Shown here: piece by piece, positions 57,358-64,000 of the stretch
Layout: each line of letters begins with the position of its first letter
How positions within the stretch are numbered: the first letter of the stretch is position 1
Assembly (NCBI GenBank): GCA_017503105.1
Contig: JAFVTS010000008.1
Span: 133,453-197,452, forward strand
Direction of reading: 5' to 3'
DNA from: Clostridia bacterium
Lineage (GTDB): Bacteria; Bacillota; Clostridia; Oscillospirales; CAG-272
DNA: 64,000 nucleotides
The notes under the pieces: generated by a model
Seen by the model: only the letters and a program-made list of their open reading frames with translations
Database searches by the model: none
Told to the model about the DNA's origin: nothing
Translations under genes and position numbers: made by a program

Positions 57358-57482
57358 GGAAAAGTCCTCCTTTCTAATAGATCTAATTAAAATCGATCTC
57401 AATATTATTTGATTATTTGCAGCAAAATGAGCGTCGTCTCATTTTGCTCGTAAAATTTCTGTTTTTCGATAATTTTTTATTC

Positions 57483-57511
57483 TTGAAAAATTACATACAC
57501 ATTATTATAAT
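57483..57511 (+). promoter_or_regulatory. Sigma-A promoter in repeat copy A
   Basis: TTGAAA (57483-57488), 17 nt, TATAAT (57506-57511). Copy B has TTAAAA-18-TATACT (57631-57660). Confidence 0.5.
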
Positions 57512-57596
57512 TACCGAGGGAGAGCGTCAGCTTGCTAGCGCGCGACCGATGGTGATTTCAATATTTGTGGCAAAATGAGCACTGCCTCATTTTGCT

Positions 57597-57626
57597 CGTA
57601 AAGCTTCTGCTTTACGGTAATTTTTT
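57597..57626 (+). terminator. Terminator/attenuator-like hairpin in repeat copy B
   Basis: CGTAAAGC (57597-57604), loop TTCT, GCTTTACG (57609-57616), then GTAATTTTTTATT. Copy A has the same helix with an A-T pair where B has G-C. Confidence 0.5.
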
Positions 57627-57724
57627 ATTCTTAAAAAATTACATACACATATATTATACTAAACTCTCTCAAAAATGTCAAGTTATGTATACGTGAATTT
57701 TATAATGCGGAGGAATTAAATTTT

Positions 57725-58789
57725 ATGCAAAAAGCGACAAACGACGGTATCGTGCTCGATTTTTTCGGTGCTGCAAACGGATATCACGGCTTCAAAAGCT
57801 ACTTTAGGGAAATTTTCAGTTCGGAGCGTTACGAGCGTATATTCGTGCTAAAGGGCGGCCCCGGAACGGGAAAAAGCAGCTTAATGCGAAAAACGGAAGA
57901 ATGTTTCAGAGAAAACGGCTTCACCTACGAGAGAATTCTCTGCTCCTCAGACCCACATTCGCTCGACGGAGTTATAGCCGAAAAAGGCGGCAAGTACGTT
58001 GCCATTCTTGACGGAACGGCGCCGCATACCCGTGACGCCGAGATCCCCGGTGCCATCGACGAAATAATATATCTCGGTAATGCCTGGGAATCCGAGCGCC
58101 TCACCGAAAATAGAAAAATAATCTTGGAATTAAACAAAAAGAAGCAAAGCAACTATCGCTTAGCATACGAGCATCTTTCATTTGCGGGTGAAATAAAAGG
58201 AATAAAGCGGACGCTTGAATCCAAGTCCATCAATCAAAAAAGCTTGTTTTCCTCGGTAAAAAGCTTGGCAGAATCCTTATCTAAGGATGAACGATGCGGA
58301 GATTCCGAAGTTCGCCTCATAAGCTCCTTCGGTAGATTCGGCAAATACTGCACGGGCAGCTTGGAGCGACTCGCCGACTCAAAAATCAAAGTCAAAGATT
58401 GCGGCACGGCATCGGAAATATTCCTGAGCGCTTTGAAAGAAGAACTCGAAAAGCGAGGAATTAAAATAACCGCATTTCCGTCCGTATTTGATCCGAATAT
58501 TACAGAAGCAATTTTTCTGCACGAGAGCGCGAGGGCTATAATATTATCAGATTCGGACAGCTCCGATATATTCCCCGAGGAATTTATATCTAACGACCCT
58601 AACATAAGCGTACCCGAGGAAACCGAAAAGCTTTACGACTCGTTTTTGAATAAAGCCCGTCACTTTTTCACTTTTGCATCAGACCTTCATTTTGAGCTTG
58701 AAAAAATATATATATCGTCAATGCACTTCGATAAAAACGAAGAGCTTTATCAAAAAGTCGAAAAATGTGTAAAAAATATTGCTATTTAA
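57725..58789 (+). CDS. Uncharacterised P-loop ATPase
   Basis: 354 aa. Walker A LKGGPGTGKSS at about residue 43 and a Walker-B-like VAILDGTAPH. The rest has no motif I can name. Confidence 0.7.
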   Translation: MQKATNDGIVLDFFGAANGYHGFKSYFREIFSSERYERIFVLKGGPGTGKSSLMRKTEECFRENGFTYERILCSSDPHSLDGVIAEKGGKYVAILDGTAPHTRDAEIPGAIDEIIYLGNAWESERLTENRKIILELNKKKQSNYRLAYEHLSFAGEIKGIKRTLESKSINQKSLFSSVKSLAESLSKDERCGDSEVRLISSFGRFGKYCTGSLERLADSKIKVKDCGTASEIFLSALKEELEKRGIKITAFPSVFDPNITEAIFLHESARAIILSDSDSSDIFPEEFISNDPNISVPEETEKLYDSFLNKARHFFTFASDLHFELEKIYISSMHFDKNEELYQKVEKCVKNIAI

Positions 58790-58849
58790 AGTCGAATTTG
58801 CTCCTATTTCTTGACTTATTAAAATATTTATGGTAAGATAATAAGGTAA

Positions 58850-58883
58850 AAACAAAATTGCAGGGTTAAACCACCCTGCAATT
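58850..58883 (-). terminator. Terminator of ackA
   Basis: Minus strand AATTGCAGGGT, loop GGTTTA, ACCCTGCAATT, followed by TTTGTTTTT. Confidence 0.65.
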
Positions 58884-58890
58884 AAGCATA

Positions 58891-60099
58891 TTATTTATTC
58901 TCGGAAACGATTCTTTCCGCGTCTGCGGCAATAACCAATTCCTCATTGGTCGGTATCATATATACCTGAACGCGAGAATCGTCAGCGGAGAGCTTTACGG
59001 GTACAGACGAATGACCGAAGGTGTTCCTCTCTTTATCGAGCTTGACCCCGAGGAATTCAAGACCTTCAAGAGCGTTTTCGCGTATATAAGGAACGTGCTC
59101 GCCGATTCCCGCCGTAAAGACTATGGCGTCAAGTCCGCCCATCGCCGCGCTGTAAGAGCCAACGTATTTTTTGATCTGATACGAAAGCATATCGAAAGCG
59201 AGCTTTGCTCTTTCGTTACCTGCTCTCATAGCGCTTTCTACGTCACGCGAGTCTGAGCCTACGCCGCTGATGCCGTCAAAACCGCACTTCTTATTGAGAT
59301 AGTTATCGACCTCTTTTGCGGTCATATTTTCCTTCTCCATAATGTAAGTGACGATAGCGGGGTCGATAGAGCCGCATCTCGTGCCCATCATTATACCGTC
59401 AAGAGGCGTGAAGCCCATAGAGGTGTCAATACACTTACCGTCTTTAACCGCGGTGATGGACGAGCCGTTTCCTATATGACAAGTAACTATCTTAGTTCCC
59501 TCCGCCTTACCGCCGAGGAGCTTTATCATTTCTCCGCTGACGTAGCGATGCGAGGTTCCGTGAGCGCCGTAGCGGCGGATCTGATACTTTTCGTACATAT
59601 CGTAAGAAACTCCGTACATATACGCTTCCTTCGGCATCGTCTGATGGAACGCCGTGTCAAATACAAGAACCTGCGGTATACCGGGCATTGCCGTGGCGCA
59701 ACCCTTTATTCCCATTATAGCGGCGGGTGTATGAAGAGGCGCGTACGCGACGCACTTTTCAAGGATCTCCATAACCTCGTCGTCAAGAAGCACGGACTCG
59801 GACACGTAAGCTCCTCCGTGAACGACTCTTTGACCGATAGCCTCGATCTCATCAATGGAATCAAGGCAGCCAACCTTTTTGTCAAGCAACGTTTCAACCA
59901 AAAGCTTCGTTGCCGCCGAGTGATCGGAGAGTGCCTTTTCACAGACGTACTCCTCTTTTCCGGCAGTCTTATGTACTATCCTTGAGCCCTCGATGCCTAT
60001 GCGCTCGCAGTTGCCCTTGGCAAGCACTTCACCCGAAACCGTATCAAAAAGCTGATACTTAAGCGAGCTTGAACCCGCGTTTGCGACTAAAACCTTCAT
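58891..60099 (-). CDS. ackA: Acetate kinase
   Basis: 402 aa. MKVLVANAGSSSLKYQLF, RVVHGG, YGAHGTSH and FTAGIGE are canonical AckA motifs. Confidence 0.96.
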   Translation of the reverse strand: MKVLVANAGSSSLKYQLFDTVSGEVLAKGNCERIGIEGSRIVHKTAGKEEYVCEKALSDHSAATKLLVETLLDKKVGCLDSIDEIEAIGQRVVHGGAYVSESVLLDDEVMEILEKCVAYAPLHTPAAIMGIKGCATAMPGIPQVLVFDTAFHQTMPKEAYMYGVSYDMYEKYQIRRYGAHGTSHRYVSGEMIKLLGGKAEGTKIVTCHIGNGSSITAVKDGKCIDTSMGFTPLDGIMMGTRCGSIDPAIVTYIMEKENMTAKEVDNYLNKKCGFDGISGVGSDSRDVESAMRAGNERAKLAFDMLSYQIKKYVGSYSAAMGGLDAIVFTAGIGEHVPYIRENALEGLEFLGVKLDKERNTFGHSSVPVKLSADDSRVQVYMIPTNEELVIAADAERIVSENK

Positions 60100-60219
60100 T
60101 TCAAGTCATCTCCCTTTAATTTGATATATACCATTATACAACAAAACTCAAAAATTATCAACCGATATTTAACAAAATTATAGATTTTTTCAGAGATTTT
60201 ATTTAAGGAGGAAACGGAT

Positions 60220-61410
60220 TTGAAGGTTGTCGGAATAATCGCTGAATATAATCCGTTTCACCTCGGACACAAATATCAGATAGATAAGATCCGCGAGATA
60301 TATGGTGACGATACCGCTATCGTCGCGGTTATGAGCGGCAACCTCACGCAACGCGGCGAGGTTGCGATTTTCGACAAAGGCGATCGCGCGAAGGCTGCCG
60401 TGATGTGCGGAGTAAATTTAGTGCTTGAGCTACCCTTTCCGTACTGTTGTTCGGGGGCTGAATACTTTGCAAGAGCCGGTATCGGAATCCTCGACGCTTT
60501 AAAGGTCGTTGATATTCTTTCCTTCGGCTCGGAATGTGCCGATATATCTAAACTCGAAGAGGCGGCTTCTATTCTTGAAAGCGCCGCTTTGCCAAGATCC
60601 GAAACTCACGACGCCAAGGGCTACGCCGAGAGATGTGAAGAGCTTTACAACTCAAAAACCGAAAACGGCGAGGGCATCTTCTCACCTAACAATATACTTG
60701 GCATTGAATATATAAAAGCAATAAAGGCTCTTGACAGCTCAATTATCCCCACCACCACAAAGCGCAAGGGCGACGGATATTTATCGGGCAATATTGAATC
60801 GAGCTTTGCAAGCGCTATGGCGATTCGCGCAAAGCTGATGAGAAAAGACGGTTCTGCCCTTGATTATATCCCGAAAGAAGCAAAAAACATCTTTTTATCC
60901 GTTCTTCAAGAAGGACGTGCGCCGTGCAGCGCTGAAAGGCTTGACGCGGCAATTATTTCATCACTTCGTTTAAACACGTCAGAAAGCAACGCGAAAAAAA
61001 TTCACGATGCCGACGGCGGTTTATATAATCGCATATTGACAGCAAGTCTTAATGCGAACAGCATTTCCTCTTTAATCGAGCTTGCAAAAACGAAAAAGTA
61101 CACCACCGCAAGAATAAGACGTGCCGTGTGGTATGCATACTTCGGCGTTACCTCCTCCGAAGTCAAAAGCAGACCCACTTACACGCAGATTCTCGCAATG
61201 GACACTGTGGGAGCGGCTCTTTTAAAAAGAATAAAAAAGCTTTCCGACTTCCCTGTTCTCACAAAGCCAAGCGCGCACGAGGCACTCTCGCCCGATGCAC
61301 TCAAGGCAAAGAAAAGTGCGGACAGAGCAGATTCGGTGCTCCAGCTTACGAAGCCCTGCTTCGTAAGAGGAGATGAGGGCTTGCGTTTTTCTCCTTTTGT
61401 AAAAAAATGA
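60220..61410 (+). CDS. tmcAL: tRNA(Met) cytidine acetate ligase TmcAL (YlbM/DUF795 nucleotidyltransferase)
   Basis: 396 aa with a TTG start after GGAGGAAA. The N-terminus (M)KVVGIIAEYNPFHLGHKYQI matches the YlbM/TmcAL HxGH-type signature. Confidence 0.82.
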   Translation: MKVVGIIAEYNPFHLGHKYQIDKIREIYGDDTAIVAVMSGNLTQRGEVAIFDKGDRAKAAVMCGVNLVLELPFPYCCSGAEYFARAGIGILDALKVVDILSFGSECADISKLEEAASILESAALPRSETHDAKGYAERCEELYNSKTENGEGIFSPNNILGIEYIKAIKALDSSIIPTTTKRKGDGYLSGNIESSFASAMAIRAKLMRKDGSALDYIPKEAKNIFLSVLQEGRAPCSAERLDAAIISSLRLNTSESNAKKIHDADGGLYNRILTASLNANSISSLIELAKTKKYTTARIRRAVWYAYFGVTSSEVKSRPTYTQILAMDTVGAALLKRIKKLSDFPVLTKPSAHEALSPDALKAKKSADRADSVLQLTKPCFVRGDEGLRFSPFVKK

Positions 61411-61542
61411 GATATTCTGCGATATTTTAACAAACGGATCTTTTGTCGAATCTATTTACAAAGACGATTCTATTTGTTATTATATAAGCGGAATGGACAA
61501 GCGCAGCCGTCATTTTCAAAACTATCAGAAAGGAGTTTAATA

Positions 61543-61833
61543 ATGTTAGACGTCAAAGGCGTAAATTCCGACGAATTCCTTGAATACAAAGGAAGACCCC
61601 TGGTTCGTCAAGGCGATGATATTTACTACGGCGACTTGTCAGATAAATATCACGTTTATATGATGATAATGACCGAAAAAAACTCATCCAAGAGCACGGA
61701 AACCGTGCCCGGAACCATAATGGTTCAGCTTATTAACGGTGCCACGAAAGCACCCGAAAAGCAGCAAATAACGAACGGACTTGCCGAAGCATTCGAATTT
61801 GCAGAGGCTTGGCTCGTGCGTTACAACAAATAA
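61543..61833 (+). CDS. Hypothetical protein (96 aa)
   Basis: ORF 61474..61833. The ATG at 61543 follows AAAGGAG (MLDVKGVNSDEFLEYKGRPLV..). I recognise no family. Confidence 0.55.
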   Translation: MLDVKGVNSDEFLEYKGRPLVRQGDDIYYGDLSDKYHVYMMIMTEKNSSKSTETVPGTIMVQLINGATKAPEKQQITNGLAEAFEFAEAWLVRYNK

Positions 61834-61883
61834 CGTTTTTTAAGCGTGCGCATCTTTTCTTACAGGTGCGTAAGGAGGTAAAA

Positions 61884-62987
61884 ATGAAAAAGTCAACGGC
61901 GAACAGACGCCCCGCGCGGCTGGTAGCATTTATGATGATTGCCACTATACTGCTTTGCATTATCGCGTTTTCCGCAGGCGGGTGGCAATCAATGACTAAC
62001 GCCCAAAAGGGCGATGAGAGTGACTTTTCAGATAACATCTACGCAAATAACAATATAATCATACCGCAAGAAAATATCACACAACAGATAACGAAATACT
62101 ACAACTATCTGACGGGAGCGGAGATAGAAAAGGACAAGCTTCTTTTAAGAAAGACCGCTTTCGTGATGAGCACGAAAACACCGCTCTTCGGAATATCGGC
62201 GGCCGATATCGTTATCGAAATGCCGACCGAGAGCTATGAAAACAGGCTTTTGGTTTATACCGATTCTATCAATACCGTAGGAAAGATAGGTTCCCTCGCC
62301 CCCACGCGCTCTTATATTTCATCTATGCTCGCGTCCTTCGGCGGTCTGCTCGTAGCAAACGGAAACGACGATACGATAAAGAAGGATTCCGTTATTCTTG
62401 ACGGCAAGTTTATGGACCTGTCCAAGCTCACCGAGTATTCCTATAAAGAAAAAAACGACTGTGTATACACGAACAACGATTTGATCAAATCGGGAATTTC
62501 AAACGAGGGCTTTGCCTCTCACGAATCATCCGTACCGACCGTTCCGTATATTATTTCAACCGATGAAAAATACGCGACGTCGGGCGACGTTTCCGCCCAA
62601 AATATACATTTAGTATTTTCGGAAGGTGAAAAAAGCACCCTTTCCTATTCCACCGAGAAAGGCTGTTATACCTTTTTCAAAAACGAAAAGGCTCTGACGG
62701 ATATTCTTTATAATACAGAGCTGACTTATAAAAACGTATTCGTCCTCTTTGCAGACAGCGTTACGTATGAGAAAGAGGACAAAACAGAGCTCGTAATGAA
62801 TACTGCGAGCGGAGGTCGCGGTTACTACGCGCGTGACGGCGTTGCCGAAGAAATAACGTGGACGTGCGACGCATCGGGTAAAATGACGTTCAAAAACCGA
62901 GAAGGCGCGATCTTGACCGTCGGTAGCGGTAACAGCTACATCGGATTTATGAAATCCTCACAGATAGATAATTTTTCAATTAAATAA
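61884..62987 (+). CDS. DUF3048 (YerB-like) secreted/membrane-anchored protein
   Basis: ORF 61809..62987. The ATG at 61884 follows GGAGG (MKKSTANRRPARLVAFMMIATILLCIIAF, a signal/anchor). The pattern YLTG..(R)KTAFVMS..ADIVIEMPTE..RLLVYT..APTRSY parallels B. subtilis YerB as I recall it. Confidence 0.65.
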   Translation: MKKSTANRRPARLVAFMMIATILLCIIAFSAGGWQSMTNAQKGDESDFSDNIYANNNIIIPQENITQQITKYYNYLTGAEIEKDKLLLRKTAFVMSTKTPLFGISAADIVIEMPTESYENRLLVYTDSINTVGKIGSLAPTRSYISSMLASFGGLLVANGNDDTIKKDSVILDGKFMDLSKLTEYSYKEKNDCVYTNNDLIKSGISNEGFASHESSVPTVPYIISTDEKYATSGDVSAQNIHLVFSEGEKSTLSYSTEKGCYTFFKNEKALTDILYNTELTYKNVFVLFADSVTYEKEDKTELVMNTASGGRGYYARDGVAEEITWTCDASGKMTFKNREGAILTVGSGNSYIGFMKSSQIDNFSIK

Positions 62988-62995
62988 TTATAATT

Positions 62996-63034
62996 AAAAT
63001 GGAATTAAGGCACGCTTGACCTTAATTCCATTTT
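62996..63034. terminator. Bidirectional terminator (DUF3048 gene / spoVT)
   Basis: AAAATGGAATTAAGG (62996-63010), 9-nt loop, CCTTAATTCCATTTT (63020-63034). Confidence 0.8.
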
Positions 63035-63036
63035 AG

Positions 63037-63591
63037 TTAGTTTTCCATCTGTTTCCCAAGAAAAACTCCGGCAGTTTGAATAAGCTTCGATTCTATGGCG
63101 TCCGAGATCTTTTCTTTTTCGGGCGATTGATGATTCCAAGCGGAAACCACGCAACCGATAACGTCCCCTTCACTTATAATGGGCATCGCGCAGTTTACAT
63201 AGTGATCCGAGGTCCCGTTTATTATCGGTATTTCCTCTTGCGCGTCCCCCTTCAGGTAAAGGCTTCTTTTATCAATAATTTCTTCAAGCTCCGTCGAGAT
63301 CTTTCTTTCAAGATATTCCTTTTTAGACGCCCCTGCAACGGCTATCACACTGTCGCGGTCACAGATAAAAACGGGCAACGCCGCTGTTTTTTGCAACGTG
63401 TCCGCATATTCCGCTGCAAAATTCTGAAGCTCTCCTATCGGAGAATACTTTTTAAAAATAACCTCGCCGTCACGGTCAGTAAAGATCTCAAGCGGGTCGC
63501 CCTCACGAATACGCATAGTTCTTCTTATCTCTTTTGGAATTACGACGCGCCCGAGATCGTCAATACGCCTGACAATTCCTGTTGCTTTCAT
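63037..63591 (-). CDS. spoVT: Stage V sporulation protein T (AbrB-family forespore regulator)
   Basis: ORF 63037..63696. The ATG at 63591 follows AAGGAGA. MKATGIVRRIDDLGRVVIPKEIRRTMRIREGDPLEIF is the SpoVT/AbrB swapped-hairpin N-domain, and the GAF-like C-domain length fits SpoVT (184 aa). Confidence 0.9.
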   Translation of the reverse strand: MKATGIVRRIDDLGRVVIPKEIRRTMRIREGDPLEIFTDRDGEVIFKKYSPIGELQNFAAEYADTLQKTAALPVFICDRDSVIAVAGASKKEYLERKISTELEEIIDKRSLYLKGDAQEEIPIINGTSDHYVNCAMPIISEGDVIGCVVSAWNHQSPEKEKISDAIESKLIQTAGVFLGKQMEN

Positions 63592-63802
63592 ATATATAAT
63601 CTCCTTATCACATTTGGCAGGGGACGGCGTCCTCGACGTCCCGTTTAAAATTTGAAGAATTGTTGCGGGCTGTCGTGGACTCCAGCCGTAACACATAAAA
63701 CTTCAACCGTGATGTTAGTATTTGTCGTTCCAAGAAAATTATACTGCAAGGATTTACTTTTTCCTGAATATATGGTATAATAAAATAAAGGTGGTGGTTT
63801 TG

Positions 63803-64000
63803 TTGAACGAAGAACTTAAATTGCATATTAAAAAGCTTCAAATGCGAACAATGCTTTATTCAATCGCAGAATTATCTGTTGTCATTTCAATCGGATTTGG
63901 AATTTTGTTTTTGTTTGTTCCGTCTGTTATTTCCACTGCCTTTTTTGCTGTTGCTTCTGGTGGTATTATATATATCGTACACGTAACCCGTGTTACAAAA
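63803..64000 (+). CDS. N-terminal fragment of a membrane protein (continues beyond window)
   Basis: Open frame from TTG at 63803 (or ATG at 63842) to the window edge: LNEELKLHIKKLQMRTMLYSIAELSVVISIGFGILFLFVPSVISTAFFAVASGGIIYIV.., with two hydrophobic segments. AAAGGTGGTGG lies upstream. Confidence 0.4.
   Translation, partial: MNEELKLHIKKLQMRTMLYSIAELSVVISIGFGILFLFVPSVISTAFFAVASGGIIYIVHVTRVTK

Larger units (their letters stand above)
57400..57660 (+). repeat. Tandem duplication (period 148 bp) of a roughly 100-bp hairpin / terminator-like hairpin / promoter module
   Basis: Copy A spans about 57400-57510 and copy B about 57557-57660. Both carry GCAAAATGAG-N6-CTCATTTTGC (57422-57447 and 57570-57595), then a second hairpin with a T-run, then TT(G/A)AAA AATTACATACACAT. 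Roughly 85-90% identity by eye. Confidence 0.88.

Noticed and set aside
1-64000. Search for CRISPR arrays, rRNA, IS elements, toxin-antitoxin pairs and known defence modules
   Set aside because: There are no 25-40 bp direct repeats with unique spacers, no rRNA-like conserved blocks, no transposase or integrase beyond the Xer-type gene, and no small adjacent two-gene cassettes or nuclease/NTPase clusters typical of defence islands.

Overview
This window reads as core chromosome of an endospore-forming Firmicute. A Clostridia lineage of the Oscillospiraceae/Ruminococcaceae type is my inference from gene content only. About 60 protein genes are densely packed and mostly recognisable. Housekeeping genes include folD (3' end), rpsU, ybaK, pgi, aspartate kinase, an EF-G paralog, radA, recG, rarA, comEC, ychF, prfA, tsaC/sua5, coaE, ackA and tmcAL. 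One long minus-strand run carries yybS-gdpP-rplI-dnaB-tilS-ftsH. Sporulation genes are scattered: pdaA-like, a PBP5-type DD-carboxypeptidase, spoIIID, cwlD and spoVT. There is a five-gene biotin-dependent Na+-decarboxylase/transcarboxylase-like operon, two small sugar-related clusters, and one tRNA-Ser(GGA). I found no CRISPR array, rRNA, transposase, prophage block or recognisable defence system. The parts that ordinary annotation does not explain are non-coding or uncharacterised. (1) At 10811-11075 a promoter-to-hairpin unit is built from eight copies of a 9-mer (AGTGAAGTT x4, then AACTTCACT x3-4) interleaved with mini-hairpins; it sits between two convergent gene ends and is my best candidate for a new structured RNA or protein-binding element. 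(2) Next to it is a cysteine-rich 284-aa protein with a SigK-like promoter, a possible unrecognised spore coat or exosporium component. (3) A tRNA-like element built from direct and inverted copies of the tRNA-Ser 3' end has its own duplicated terminator. (4) A roughly 960-bp ORF-free gap downstream of spoIIID contains consensus promoters, hairpins and a recurring ACCGTG/ACCGTAC motif. (5) A 148-bp-period tandem duplication of a hairpin/terminator/promoter module lies upstream of an uncharacterised P-loop ATPase. (6) The decarboxylase operon carries two different carboxyltransferases that share one biotin carrier and one membrane pump. All functional calls come from reading translated motifs by eye; no database search was run.
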